Assembly (NCBI GenBank): GCA_963666515.2
Contig: OY762897.2
Location: 2,240,001-2,304,000 of the forward strand
Reading direction: 5' to 3'
Length of the DNA stretch: 64,000 nt
Source of the DNA: Candidatus Binatia bacterium
GTDB lineage: Bacteria; Desulfobacterota; Binatia; UBA9968; JAJDTQ01
Shown: positions 1 to 12,296 of the stretch, in pieces
How the letters are laid out: each line of letters starts with the position of its first letter
Numbering within the stretch: position 1 is the first letter of the stretch
The notes under the pieces: generated by a model
Seen by the model: only the letters and a program-made list of their open reading frames with translations
Told to the model about the DNA's origin: nothing
Database searches by the model: none
Made by a program: the position numbers and the translations under genes

Positions 1-1145
1 TCCAGCACGCCGACGTGGCTGGTCCCGCCCCCCTCCGCGCTGCGCGCCGCGGGCCCGGCGACGGCGTGGCGCGCGGCCTGGTCCAGGGAGATGCGCTTGC
101 GGACCGCGGAGGCGCGCTCCCGGGAGGTGATGCGCTGGACCGGGACCTCGCTGGAGTCCGGGTCTCCGAGGTCCCGCAGCAGGCCGGCCGTTCCCGCCTT
201 GGTGGTCTCCGCCACCAGGTGCAGGTAGGCTCCCGAGTTGTGGCGGAACTGGTCCGGCCCGTAGCCTTCCATGACGTTCAGGAGCCCCACCAGCGCCACT
301 CCGCCGGCGCTCGGCGGCGGCGCGGTGACCACGGTCCTGCCCCGGTAGCCTCCGATGACCGGCCGCCGCCACACGGGCTTGTAGCTGCCGAGGTCGTCCA
401 CGGTCACGGCGCCGCCGTCGTTCGCGATCCGGGCCGCGATGGCCTGCGCGACGGCGCCCCCGTAAAAGGCTGCCGGACCCTCCCTGGCGATGGTCTTCAA
501 GGTCTCCGCCAGCTCCGGCTGGCGGACGATCCCACCCACCTCGTGAGGCGCCCCCGCGGCGTTGAGAAAGATGCGCGAGAAGTTGTCCCGTTGCCGCAAC
601 GCCGGCAGGTTCTCCTCGATGGCCCGTCGAAGCCCCGGCGTCACCGGCGACCCCTCGGCGGCGTAGCGGATGGCCGGCGCCAGCACCGTCTCCAACGGCA
701 ACCGCCCGAACCGCTTCAATGCCTCGGTGAGCCCGGCCACGGTTCCGGGAACGGCCGCGGCCAGGGCGCCGCTCTCCAGCCGGTCCCGGCTGACACCGGC
801 TCCCGTCCGATAGAGCGCCGGGGCCACCGCCGGCGACACTTCGGTGAAGTCCAGCGCGTGGGCCTTCTTCTCCCGGGACTGGTAGAACACCATGACGCCG
901 CCTCCGCCGAGGCCGGACGAGGCCGGGTCCACCACCGCCAGGGCAAAGGCCGTCGCCACCGCGGCATCGACGGCGTTGCCGCCCTGCTCGATGATCTCCA
1001 TGCCCGCCCGGACCGCGGCATCGTGGTCGGCCGCCACGACGCCGTCGAGGCGGGTCTGCGCAGGGGAAAACGACGGGCCGGCGAGGAATGAAAGCCCCAG
1101 AACCAGGGTTGCGCCGAAGACACGGTTTCGGACGGCAACGGTCAT
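1..1145 (-). CDS. ggt: gamma-glutamyltransferase (3' end outside window)
   Basis: Not in the ORF track because it runs off the edge. Manual translation from ATG 1145: signal peptide, then GVVAADHDAAVRAGMEIIEQGGNAVDAAVATAFALAVVDPASSGLGGGG; autocleavage motif GTSHVGVL near position 23. Confidence 0.92.
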   Translation of the reverse strand, partial: MTVAVRNRVFGATLVLGLSFLAGPSFSPAQTRLDGVVAADHDAAVRAGMEIIEQGGNAVDAAVATAFALAVVDPASSGLGGGGVMVFYQSREKKAHALDFTEVSPAVAPALYRTGAGVSRDRLESGALAAAVPGTVAGLTEALKRFGRLPLETVLAPAIRYAAEGSPVTPGLRRAIEENLPALRQRDNFSRIFLNAAGAPHEVGGIVRQPELAETLKTIAREGPAAFYGGAVAQAIAARIANDGGAVTVDDLGSYKPVWRRPVIGGYRGRTVVTAPPPSAGGVALVGLLNVMEGYGPDQFRHNSGAYLHLVAETTKAGTAGLLRDLGDPDSSEVPVQRITSRERASAVRKRISLDQAARHAVAGPAARSAEGGGTSHVGVL

Positions 1146-1294
1146 GACCCCCGGAACCTAGTTCTTTGTCGGCTGGTTTGCAACGGCCAATCTTTCCGGG
1201 GGGCGGCGGTTGTGTTAGTCTTGGTTCTGCTGCCGCGGGTCGCCGGTCCCGGCAATCCGCGTGATGAACCCCGGCAACATCCGGAGACGAACGC

Positions 1295-3295
1295 TTGGCG
1301 CGCAAATACGTCCTCAAGAACATCGACCCCGCCCCGTCCCCTGCCGTATCCGCGATCGATTACGAGGAGGAGCTCAACGAGGCGCAGCGCGAGGCCGCGA
1401 TGTTCCTGGAGGGTCCGTTGCTGGTGGTGGCCGGCGCCGGCACCGGCAAGACCCGGACCCTGGTGTACCGGGTGGCGCGGCTGATCGAACGGGGCATCGA
1501 TCCCCAGTCCATCCTGCTGATGACCTTCACCCGCCGGGCCGCGGAGGAGATGCTGCAGCGCGCGAGCCTCCTGACCGACTCCCGTTGCGAGCGCATCGCC
1601 GGCGGCACCTTCCACTCCTTCGGCAACATGGTGCTGCGACAGTACGGCCAACTCATCGGACTGGCGCCGGGCTTCACCATCATGGACCGTTCCGACAGCG
1701 AGGACGTGATCCAGCTCCTGCGCGCCGACATGGGCCTCGACAAGCGCGAGAAGCGCTTTCCCAGGAAGCAGACCATCGGGGAGATCCAGAGCCTGGCGCG
1801 CAACAAGCAGGTGCCCCTCCCCGAGCTGGTCGAGCGCGAGTACTCGCACCTCGCCGAGTTCCTGGAGGAGCTGACGGTGCTCGCGGAGCGTTACCGGGTC
1901 TACAAGCGCGAGAAGTCGCTGCTGGACTACGACGACCTGCTCACCTGCCTCAAGGACCTCCTGGAGTCCCACGAGGACCTGCGGCGGCGGCTGTCGGAAC
2001 GCTTCCGCTTCGTCATGGTGGACGAGTACCAGGACACCAACCGCCTGCAGTCCGACATCATCCGCCGGCTGGCCTTCACCCACGACAACGTCATGGCCGT
2101 GGGCGACGACGCCCAGAGCATCTACTCGTTCCGCGGCGCCCACTTCCGCAACATCATGGACTTTCCCAACCAGTTTCCGGGAACGACGATCATACCCCTG
2201 GAGGAGAACTACCGCAGCACCCAGCCCATCCTGCGGCTCACCAACGAGATCATCACCCGGGCCGCGGAGCGCTACGAGAAGAACCTCTACAGCCGCAAGA
2301 GCGACGGCGAGACGCCGATCCTGGTCCAGGCCGAGAGCGAGCACACCCAGTCGCGGTTCGTGTGCCAGCGCGTGCTGGAGCTGCGGGAGGAGGGGGTGCC
2401 GCTGTGGGACATGGCGGTGCTGTTCCGCTCCAGCTTCCACTCCTTCGACCTGGAGATCGAGCTGGCCCGGCACGACATCCCCTTCGTCAAGCGCGGCGGC
2501 TTCCAGTTCATGGAGACGGCCCACGTCAAGGACGTGCTGGCGCACCTCCGGGTGGTCAGCAACCCCAGGGACGCGGTGTCCTGGGGCCGGGTGCTGATGC
2601 TGCTGGAGGGGGTCGGCCCGCAGATGAGCCGCAAGCTCATCGACCGCATCCTGTCCGAGGCGGACCCCAGTGAATGCCTGAAGCGGACCGAGTCGCGCGG
2701 CCGCGCGGCCCAGGCGATCAAGACGCTGGGACAGGTGCTCGGCGAGTGCTCGGAGCGGACCCGGCCGGCGGACTTGGCGCAGTACCTGATGCAGTACTAT
2801 CTTCCCATCCTCAAGCGGAAGCACGCCGACGACTACCCCAAGCGGCTGCGGGACCTGGAGCACTTCCAGGGGCTGACCGAGCGCTACCAGAGCCTCGAGC
2901 GCCTGTTGAGCGACATGGCGCTGGACCCGCCCACCGCCAGCGTGGACGATGCCGAACCGGTGGACCCCGACGAGGGCCCCCTGGTGCTGTCCACCGTCCA
3001 TTCCGCCAAGGGGCTGGAGTGGCATTCCGTGTTCATCATCTGGGCGCTGGAGGGACGGTTTCCCTCCTACTACAACACCAACAGCCTCGAGGAGCTGGAG
3101 GAGGAACGCCGGCTGCTGTACGTGGCCGCCACGCGCGCCAAGGAGAACCTCTTCTTCGCCTATCCGGCGCGCGTGTACGACCGTTCCCTGGGAATGGTGT
3201 TCTCGCAGCCGTCGCAGTTCATCGAGGGAATCCCCGAGGATCTGCTGGAACCCATGTCGCTGGTCCATGAAGACTGGTACTACAGCCAGCTTTAG
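1295..3295 (+). CDS. UvrD/PcrA/Rep-family ATP-dependent DNA helicase
   Basis: LNEAQ, AGAGTGKT, VDEYQDTN, GDDAQSIYSFRGA, NYRS, STVHSAKGLEW, EERRLLYVAATRA. Confidence 0.95.
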   Translation: MARKYVLKNIDPAPSPAVSAIDYEEELNEAQREAAMFLEGPLLVVAGAGTGKTRTLVYRVARLIERGIDPQSILLMTFTRRAAEEMLQRASLLTDSRCERIAGGTFHSFGNMVLRQYGQLIGLAPGFTIMDRSDSEDVIQLLRADMGLDKREKRFPRKQTIGEIQSLARNKQVPLPELVEREYSHLAEFLEELTVLAERYRVYKREKSLLDYDDLLTCLKDLLESHEDLRRRLSERFRFVMVDEYQDTNRLQSDIIRRLAFTHDNVMAVGDDAQSIYSFRGAHFRNIMDFPNQFPGTTIIPLEENYRSTQPILRLTNEIITRAAERYEKNLYSRKSDGETPILVQAESEHTQSRFVCQRVLELREEGVPLWDMAVLFRSSFHSFDLEIELARHDIPFVKRGGFQFMETAHVKDVLAHLRVVSNPRDAVSWGRVLMLLEGVGPQMSRKLIDRILSEADPSECLKRTESRGRAAQAIKTLGQVLGECSERTRPADLAQYLMQYYLPILKRKHADDYPKRLRDLEHFQGLTERYQSLERLLSDMALDPPTASVDDAEPVDPDEGPLVLSTVHSAKGLEWHSVFIIWALEGRFPSYYNTNSLEELEEERRLLYVAATRAKENLFFAYPARVYDRSLGMVFSQPSQFIEGIPEDLLEPMSLVHEDWYYSQL

Positions 3296-3313
3296 CGCCG
3301 CGTCAGGCGATCG

Positions 3314-4216
3314 TTGAAGGTGTCCCCGAAGTCCCTGATATCGGCCATCCTGGCGCCCATCGGGCGCGGCTGGGCCAAGACGCTGTACGAGAAGAATACC
3401 GGCCATCACCGCATCCGGGTGGAAGAGACCCGGGAACGCCGCTACCTCTACTTCGACGGAACGCTGCAAAGCTCCATGGACCGGCGCGACCCCACCTCGC
3501 TGGAACTGCTCTACTCCCGCTTCGCCTCGCTGGGGCTGGCGCTCCGGCCGGACGCCGCCAGGGCCCTGATCATCGGGCTGGGCGGCGGCTCCATGGCCAA
3601 GAAGTACCACCGGGAGTTCCCGGAGATGGAGATCGACTCCATCGAGATCGACCCGGACGTGGTGGAGGTCGCGCGCGCGTACTTCCACTTCCGGGAAGAC
3701 TCCAGGCAGAGGGTCCACGGCGGCGACGGCCGGGAGTTCCTGGCGCGCACCGGAGAACGTTTCGACCTGATCCTGCTGGACGCCTACTACGCGGACAACA
3801 TGCCCTTTCACCTGGTCACGCGCGAGTTCTTCGACACCGCCCGGGACAGGATGACGCCCGAAGGCGTGCTGGTGATCAACCTCATCGGCTCGTTGCGGGG
3901 ACCGGACAGCGCCATGGTCCGCGCCGCCATCAAGACGCTGAGCGACGTGTTCCCGCAAGTCTATACGTTTCCCACGTTCGGCAACCGCGGCCGGGTGCTG
4001 ACCGAGATCCAGAACGTCGTGGTGCTGGCCAGCAAGGCGCGGGAACGCATGAGCATGAAGGAGATGGAGCGGCGGGCCGCCCGCCTCGGCCGGGACCTGT
4101 TCCCCGACCCGGTCAGCAAGATCCGAAGGTCCTATTTCACCGGGCCGCTGGAGCAGGACGACGTCGAGCTCCTCACCGATGATGCCGCGCCGCTGGATGA
4201 TCTGGTGCGTCTTTAG
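3314..4216 (+). CDS. spermidine synthase-like SAM-dependent transferase (no N-terminal membrane domain)
   Basis: IIGLGGGS, IEIDPDVVEVA, GDGREF, LILLDAY, PFHLVTREFF, LLTDD. Confidence 0.8.
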   Translation: MKVSPKSLISAILAPIGRGWAKTLYEKNTGHHRIRVEETRERRYLYFDGTLQSSMDRRDPTSLELLYSRFASLGLALRPDAARALIIGLGGGSMAKKYHREFPEMEIDSIEIDPDVVEVARAYFHFREDSRQRVHGGDGREFLARTGERFDLILLDAYYADNMPFHLVTREFFDTARDRMTPEGVLVINLIGSLRGPDSAMVRAAIKTLSDVFPQVYTFPTFGNRGRVLTEIQNVVVLASKARERMSMKEMERRAARLGRDLFPDPVSKIRRSYFTGPLEQDDVELLTDDAAPLDDLVRL

Positions 4217-4846
4217 CGGCCTGCTGCTGGCGGGCTGCGCCGCCGGCCACCCGGACCGGGCCTCGCGGCCGCTTCGGGTGGTGCGGGTGAAGCTGGTGGC
4301 CGATCCGGCGTTGCGGCGGGCCGACCCGCGCTGGCGCGACACCGCGGAGGAGCTGTTGCGGGCGGCGTCCGACTACTACGAAGAGCGGTTCGGCATCCGG
4401 CTGGCGCCCCAGGCCGTCGAGCCCTGGCCCGTGGAGGGCACGACGTCGTCCTCGGTCACCCTGATGAGGCGCCTCAAGCGCGCCTATCCGAGGGGGGGCG
4501 GACACCGGCCCTACGACGTCGTCATCGGGTTGACCCGGCAGCCGCTCAACTTCTACCGGGGCGGCCGCGCCCGCGCCGACCGCTTCGGCAACTGCGTCCA
4601 GGGACTGGGAAACTACATCGTGAGCCACGTCGGGGAGTCCTTCGACTACGATGACCGCGAGTTGACCCACGACGCCGCGGCGCTGATCCACGAGATGGGG
4701 CACCTCTTCGGCGCCGTCCACACCGACGATCCGGAATCGGTGATGCACCGGGACTTCGACCTCAGGACGGGCTTCGACGCTCCCAACCGCGCCACCGTCA
4801 TGAGGAACCGCCTCTGCCCCTTCGGCGACCCGACGACAGGTGAACG

Positions 4847-4850
<4 letters not shown>
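4179..4850 (+). CDS. metzincin-type Zn metalloprotease, probable lipoprotein
   Basis: Lipobox LLAGC; HEMGHLFGAVH zinc motif; Met-turn ESVM. Confidence 0.75.
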
Positions 4851-6790
<1,940 letters not shown>

Positions 6791-6884
6791 CGGCGTTTGG
6801 CCCCTCGTCAAGAGGTGGTAGGATGAAGGCAGGAACCGGATGAGGGAACACGGATGAGGGAACGATAACGGGGAGGGACCGATC

Positions 6885-7439
6885 ATGGCCTGGGAGCAAC
6901 CCCAAAGCGAAAAGCTTACCTATCAGGACTACCTGAACACGCCTGACGACGTGCGCTACGAACTTATCGACGGCGAACTGATCGTCATGGAGCCGGCGCC
7001 GACCACGCCGCACCAGAGCGTTTCGATAAACCTCTCCACCCTGCTGTGGTCTTTCGTGAGACGCCATGGCCTGGGGAAGGTGTTCGCCGCGCCGACCGAC
7101 GTCTACCTCTCCGAGACCAACGTCGTGCAGCCGGACGTCCTGTTCGTGTCCGCGGCGCGGACCGCGATCATCACCGAACGCAACGTCCACGGCGCGCCGG
7201 ACCTAGTCGTCGAGATTGCCTCGCCCTCTACCGAAGCGCGTGACCGCGGCGTCAAGCTGGAGTTGTACGCCCGCTGCGGAGTGGCCGAGTACTGGCTGGC
7301 CGACCCCGCCGCCGAAACCGTCGAGACTCTGCGGCCGGAGGACGGGGAGTTCGTCGCAACCGGGCGCTACGGCCGGACGGACACCTTTACGACTCCCCTG
7401 CTGCCGGGGCTGGCCATCGACCTGACCGAGGTCTTCTGA
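6885..7439 (+). CDS. Uma2-family PD-(D/E)XK endonuclease
   Basis: YELIDGEL, VVQPDVLFV, GAPDLVVEIASPST, KLELYARCGVAEYWLADP. Confidence 0.9.
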   Translation: MAWEQPQSEKLTYQDYLNTPDDVRYELIDGELIVMEPAPTTPHQSVSINLSTLLWSFVRRHGLGKVFAAPTDVYLSETNVVQPDVLFVSAARTAIITERNVHGAPDLVVEIASPSTEARDRGVKLELYARCGVAEYWLADPAAETVETLRPEDGEFVATGRYGRTDTFTTPLLPGLAIDLTEVF

Positions 7440-7481
7440 GAACGTGGCCGGAACACCGTCGATGATCCCGGCAGGGCGCCG

Positions 7482-7913
7482 ATGAAGATCAACTCCCGCA
7501 GCACTTACGGCATTCTGGCCCTGGAGGAACTGGCCCGGCGGTGGGACGCAAGGACGCCGATCCAGGTGAAGGAGATCGCGGAAAGGAAGGCGATCCCCGA
7601 AGAGTTCCTCGGGCAAATCATGATCTCGTTGAAACAGGCGGATATCGTAGGCGCGGCCAGGGGACCCGGCGGTGGATACTATCTCACGCGGCCGCCGGAA
7701 CGGATCCGGCTGCGGGAGGTGCTGGAGGTGCTGAGCGGGTCGGCGCCCGGGCCGGAGGAAAGCCTGCGGAAATACACGGCCGATTCCGTAGCCGCCCGAA
7801 AAGTGCTGGAGACCTGGAGAAGGGCGGCCGACGCCATGGATGACGTCCTCGACGGCGTCACACTCGCCGATGTCTGCGAGCCGGACGACCGGCCGCACAT
7901 GTACTACATCTGA
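7482..7913 (+). CDS. Rrf2-family transcriptional regulator (CymR-like, no Fe-S cysteines)
   Basis: STYGILAL, EIAERKAIPEEFLGQI, RGPGGGY, C-terminal MYYI. Confidence 0.88.
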   Translation: MKINSRSTYGILALEELARRWDARTPIQVKEIAERKAIPEEFLGQIMISLKQADIVGAARGPGGGYYLTRPPERIRLREVLEVLSGSAPGPEESLRKYTADSVAARKVLETWRRAADAMDDVLDGVTLADVCEPDDRPHMYYI

Positions 7914-8001
7914 GGCTCGACCTGATTCTTCGCAGGCGGGACTCGTGGAGGCCGGCGGGCTGCCTTTGGAGCCCGCCCGTTCAAACGTGGAGGCATGACG
8001 A

Positions 8002-8841
8002 ATGGAAGCGATCAAACGAGGCGAGCGCGTGAAGGGCAAGGTGGCGCTGGTGGCCGGCGCCGGGTCCATCGAGGCCGGCTGGGGCAACGGCAAGGCCGCG
8101 GCCGTGCTCTACGCGCGCGAAGGCGCCAAGGTGTTCGCGGTGGACTACCGTCACGAAGCCGCGGAAGAGACCCGCGCCATCATCGAGTCCGAGGGGGGCG
8201 TATGCGCGACCTTTGCCGCGGACGTGACCTCGGAGACGGACGTCAAGGCCATGGTGGAAGCCTGCATGGACGCCTTCGGCCGCATCGACATCCTCCACAA
8301 CAACGTCGGCGGCCAGGGGCCGGGGCGGTGGGTGCTGGACATCGAGCGCGACGACTGGGACGCGGTGCTGGCCCGCAACGTGACCTCGGTGCTGCTCACC
8401 TGCAAGGCCGTCATCCCCATCATGATCCGCCAGGGCGGCGGCGCGATCGTCAACATCTCCTCCATCGCCAGCATGCGCCACGTCAACGTGCCCACCGCCT
8501 CCTATTCCGCGGCCAAGGGCGCGGTCAACCTGCTCACCCAGAACCTGGCGCTGCAATACGCCGACAAGCACATCCGCGCCAACTGCGTGCTGCCCGGCTA
8601 CATCGACACGCCGTTCACGCGGCGCATCGTGGCCGGAAAACCCAGCTACGAGCACAAAGGGTTCACTTCGGCGGAAGAGTACCGCAAGGCCCGCGACGGC
8701 ATCGTCCCGCTGGGCCGGGGCGGCACCGCGTGGGACGTGGCGCAAGCCGCGCTGTTCCTGGCCTCGGACGACGCCGACTACATCACCGGCGTGATGCTGC
8801 CGGTGGACGGCGGCGTCACCGCCACGTGCCCCGGCGTCTGA
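8002..8841 (+). CDS. SDR family oxidoreductase
   Basis: GAGSIEAGWGNG, NNVG, YSAAK, NCVLPG, VDGG. Confidence 0.92.
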   Translation: MEAIKRGERVKGKVALVAGAGSIEAGWGNGKAAAVLYAREGAKVFAVDYRHEAAEETRAIIESEGGVCATFAADVTSETDVKAMVEACMDAFGRIDILHNNVGGQGPGRWVLDIERDDWDAVLARNVTSVLLTCKAVIPIMIRQGGGAIVNISSIASMRHVNVPTASYSAAKGAVNLLTQNLALQYADKHIRANCVLPGYIDTPFTRRIVAGKPSYEHKGFTSAEEYRKARDGIVPLGRGGTAWDVAQAALFLASDDADYITGVMLPVDGGVTATCPGV

Positions 8842-8847
8842 AGTATG

Positions 8848-8886
8848 CGTCCTTCGACTTCGCTTCGCTACGCTCAGGACGAACGG
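8848..8886. repeat. REP-like repeat, CCTTCGAC..CGCTCAGGAC family
   Basis: cgtccttcgacttcgcttcgctacgctcaggacgaacgg; related copies at 49991-50040 and 29910-29950. Confidence 0.75.
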
Positions 8887-8911
8887 GACTATGATGTGAG
8901 AACCAGACCGC

Positions 8912-9886
8912 CTACAGCGACCGCGCGAACTCGCCGAGGAACTTCAGGGTCCGCTGCCGGGAGGCTTCGAGGTCTTTGCCGGCGGGCAGCACGCTGGCCA
9001 TGATCTCCCCGGTGCCGAACGAGAACAGCTCCCGCAACCGGCGCTCCGCTTCCGCCTCGTCGCCGGAGATCACCAGCGCCTTCAGCATCGGGGTGCTCCA
9101 GGCCCGCTTTCCGGCTTCCGCGAAGCCGGCCAGGCGGTACATCTCCACGTAAGGGTCGCGCCGCATGTAGGAGTCGAAGCGCTCCCGCGCCACCGCTTCG
9201 ACTTCGTCCCAGTCCTCGTGGAGGCTGACGGCTACGTGGGCGATGAGCGGCGGCGCCGGCTGCCCGGCCTTCGCCGCGCCCGCGGCCATGGCCGGCAGGG
9301 CGAAGTCTCGCAGGTAGGCGCCGGGACACAGCCAGCTTATGGCGCCGTCCGTGAACCTGCCGGCAAGCTCGAAGGACTTCGGCCGCACGGCCGAGATCAT
9401 CACGGGCACGTCCACGGGCTCGTTGTCCGCGGTCTGCGCGCGGTAGTGACGCCCCTCGAAATCCACCCTGCCCTCGCGCAGCACCGACCTCACGATGCGC
9501 ACGTACTCGGTCAGGTGACCCAAAGGACGCTCGAACGCGAAACCGTAGGTACGCTCGATGGGCGCCTTGTTGCCCGGGCCGACGCCCAGGCGGAACCGGC
9601 CCGGCGCAAGCTGCGCCATGGCCTCGCAGTACTCGACGAAGGACAGGGGATGGCGGGGCCACGTCAGCACGATGGCAGTGCCCAGTTGGATGGTCTCGGT
9701 GCACATGGCCGCGGCCGCCAGGATGCTCGGGGTGTCGCGGCGGATGTTGTTGTCCGCGGTCCTGGGTCCGCCGGTGGTCATCCATACGGCCTGGATCCCC
9801 AATGCCTCGGCCTCGCGGATGTCGCCCAGCACCTGGTGGACATCCGATCCGGGAACTTCAATGCCGACTCTTGATTCCGCCATCAC
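8912..9886 (-). CDS. LLM-class (luciferase-like) flavin/F420-dependent oxidoreductase
   Basis: AEALGIQAVW, IQLGTAI, RHP, GRFRLGVG, FELAGRFTDG. Confidence 0.88.
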   Translation of the reverse strand: MMAESRVGIEVPGSDVHQVLGDIREAEALGIQAVWMTTGGPRTADNNIRRDTPSILAAAAMCTETIQLGTAIVLTWPRHPLSFVEYCEAMAQLAPGRFRLGVGPGNKAPIERTYGFAFERPLGHLTEYVRIVRSVLREGRVDFEGRHYRAQTADNEPVDVPVMISAVRPKSFELAGRFTDGAISWLCPGAYLRDFALPAMAAGAAKAGQPAPPLIAHVAVSLHEDWDEVEAVARERFDSYMRRDPYVEMYRLAGFAEAGKRAWSTPMLKALVISGDEAEAERRLRELFSFGTGEIMASVLPAGKDLEASRQRTLKFLGEFARSL

Positions 9887-9991
9887 CTGTCCTGCTATAA
9901 CCGTTCTGATGGACGCCGGTCAACTTTCGGCCGGTGTCGGTATCTCATCCATGCGTTTACGGACATGTTCCCTGTTTGAACGGAGGCGAAG

Positions 9992-11122
9992 ATGGAATCG
10001 AGAATGCGATCCCTCGAAGAACTGAAACCGGAGATCCTCCGGCGCGCCGGCCGCGCCAACCCCTTCGAGTGGGTCCGGCGGGAGGACGTGGAAGAGGTGG
10101 TCTCGTGGCTCCTGTCCACCGAAGATGACCACTGGGCAGAAGTCTGGGGCCGGATGGGGAAGCGGTACGAGGCGCTGGGCGAAGCGCAGGAGAAGAACGG
10201 AGAGCCGTGCGGCGAGTCCTACTACCTCGCCTACGACTACTACCGCATCGGCCGCTACCCGGTGTCCTCGACCCCCGGGAAGATGGCCTGCTACGAGGCA
10301 TCGCTGCGGAATTTCCTGAAAGCGGCGCAGCACCTGGACCCGCCGGTGGAGCGGGTGGAGATCCCCTTCGAGGGGAAGTCGATCATCTGCTACCTCCAGG
10401 TACCGCGCGACGCTGACCGCCCTCCGGTGGTGCTCCACTGGGGCGGCGTGGACGGCTGGAAGGAGGACCGCCGCAGGCCCAGCGAGGCGCTTCACCGGCT
10501 TGGCCTCGCCACCATGACCATCGACATGCCCGGGGTCGGCGAGAGCCCCGTTCTGGGCTCCGACCCCAAGGCCGAGCGGACCTTCTCCGCAGCCCTGGAC
10601 TACCTGGAGACGCGCACGGACGTGGACGGGTCACGCCTCGGCGCCATGGGCGGGAGCTTCGGCGGCTACTGGGCAGCCAAGGTCGCCCACGTCGAAGCGG
10701 AACGGCTCAAGGGGGTCGTGGACTGGGGCGGCGGCGTGCACCTGACGTTCCAGGAGGAGTGGCTGCGGCCCGCTCTGACCACGCGCGCCGAACAGTATCT
10801 CATGGGTCCCGCCAGCCTGCTGGACGCGCGCGGCTACATCTTCCGCACCCGCGATCTGGACGAGATCCTGAAGCTGGCCCCGCAGCTCTCGCTGGTGACC
10901 CAGGGGCTCATCGACGGGCCGTGCGCCCCGCTGCTGCTCATCAACGGCAAACTCGACGACCAGCACCCCATCGACGACTTCTACCTGCTGCTGGAACACG
11001 GCGACCCCAAGGACGTGTTCATCATTCCGGACGGAGGGCACATGGGGCGCGTGCCCGGCAAGTCCAACGAGCCGGCGCTGAACGTGCTGGCGCAGTGGCT
11101 GCACCGGAAGCTCATGGGCTAA
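9992..11122 (+). CDS. alpha/beta hydrolase, FrsA / 2,6-dihydroxypseudooxynicotine hydrolase-like
   Basis: VEIPFEG, GGVDGWKE, DMPGVGES, nucleophile GGSFGG, NGKLDD, GGHMG. Confidence 0.82.
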   Translation: MESRMRSLEELKPEILRRAGRANPFEWVRREDVEEVVSWLLSTEDDHWAEVWGRMGKRYEALGEAQEKNGEPCGESYYLAYDYYRIGRYPVSSTPGKMACYEASLRNFLKAAQHLDPPVERVEIPFEGKSIICYLQVPRDADRPPVVLHWGGVDGWKEDRRRPSEALHRLGLATMTIDMPGVGESPVLGSDPKAERTFSAALDYLETRTDVDGSRLGAMGGSFGGYWAAKVAHVEAERLKGVVDWGGGVHLTFQEEWLRPALTTRAEQYLMGPASLLDARGYIFRTRDLDEILKLAPQLSLVTQGLIDGPCAPLLLINGKLDDQHPIDDFYLLLEHGDPKDVFIIPDGGHMGRVPGKSNEPALNVLAQWLHRKLMG

Positions 11123-12296
11123 AAAATCCCTCCTTCACGGCCCAGAGCCACAGGTGGGCGATCTTTTCGTTGTGCAACTCGGCATAGCCCACGTGGCCGT
11201 AGCGGGGGATCAGCACCACGTGGCAGCCGCGGGCCGTCTCCGCGTACTTGGCGCCCATGAACATCTCACGCTTGTCCTCCAGCCGGTCCCCCCTGATCCA
11301 ATGTCCCTTGTCGTTCTCCCCTACCACCAGCAGCACGCCGGCATCCTTCAGCCACTCGGGGTCCGGGTCCTGGAGGTGATCGTAGTATTCCTCTCGCGGG
11401 AGGCCGGTGAGCTCTATGTAACGGTCCAATATCCCCACGGCGCCGTTGTGCTGGTTGTCGCACAGGCTGGTCTTCATCTGGGAGCGCCTCGGATTGGCCC
11501 ACGCCATGTACTCTTCCGGGCCGCCCCAGGGGGTCAGATCCTCCGGGTCCTCGTAGCGCGCCGCACGAAAGCTCTCGGGCGAGCGCCGCGAGATCTGCTC
11601 CACGGGGATCTCGCTATACTCCTCGGCGCCGGTGCGCTCGCGCCATTCCTTGCGCCAGCCGTCGGGGCCGCCGGAGCCGAAGCCCAGGAGGCCGGTGATG
11701 CGGGCGTTCCGGACGAAACGGTGCAGGTGCGCGGCCATGGGTCCGCCGGTGGAATGGCCGAAGGCGAGCACGTCCCGTCCCGGCAGGTGCGTGTCGGTGA
11801 GCAGCCCGGCGCCCTTCAGGATGGTGTTGAACGTGCACTTGAGGTTGCGGTCCAGAATCTCCTTCACGGGCAACTCCCGGTCGAGCAGGTACACCGGCAG
11901 GCGCTCGGGCACGGGTTCGGTCCACGCCCCGCCCGGCGGGTAGTGGCCCGGATAGGTGACGGCCAGGGTCACGAATCCCTGCGACGCCAGCACCCGCGCC
12001 AGTCCCGGGCGGCCGTCCGGGGTCGTGTCCATGATGCGCTCGCTGCCGGCGCCGCCGTGGAACACCACCACGGCCCGGCCGGGGTCGGCCTCCCGCTCCG
12101 GCGTGTAGAGGGTGCCGTGGATGTCCCACGCGTAGCCGTTGCGCTCGTAGCGCGCGGTCACCTCGCGGCTCGTGAACCCGGTCTCCGGATAGGGCGCGGG
12201 CATGGCCAGCCAGCCTTCCCAGTCCATCTTCAGCAGCAACTTGGCCGAACCTAGCGCCGCCAGGACCGTTTCAATGTTTCCGCTCTGCATGTTCAT
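11112..12296 (-). CDS. alpha/beta-fold hydrolase, uncharacterised
   Basis: 3' part of the track ORF 11112..13571; HGGAGS, GHSTGG nucleophile elbow, VVGENDK, YGH; start ATG at 12296 or 12290. Confidence 0.75.
   Translation of the reverse strand: MNMQSGNIETVLAALGSAKLLLKMDWEGWLAMPAPYPETGFTSREVTARYERNGYAWDIHGTLYTPEREADPGRAVVVFHGGAGSERIMDTTPDGRPGLARVLASQGFVTLAVTYPGHYPPGGAWTEPVPERLPVYLLDRELPVKEILDRNLKCTFNTILKGAGLLTDTHLPGRDVLAFGHSTGGPMAAHLHRFVRNARITGLLGFGSGGPDGWRKEWRERTGAEEYSEIPVEQISRRSPESFRAARYEDPEDLTPWGGPEEYMAWANPRRSQMKTSLCDNQHNGAVGILDRYIELTGLPREEYYDHLQDPDPEWLKDAGVLLVVGENDKGHWIRGDRLEDKREMFMGAKYAETARGCHVVLIPRYGHVGYAELHNEKIAHLWLWAVKEGFFSP

Noticed and set aside
15-1091. 358-aa plus-strand ORF
   Set aside because: Shadow of ggt, which occupies the minus strand with clear family motifs
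1142-4342. 1066-aa minus-strand ORF
   Set aside because: Antisense shadow of the uvrD-like and spermidine-synthase-like genes; typical of high-GC DNA, no motifs
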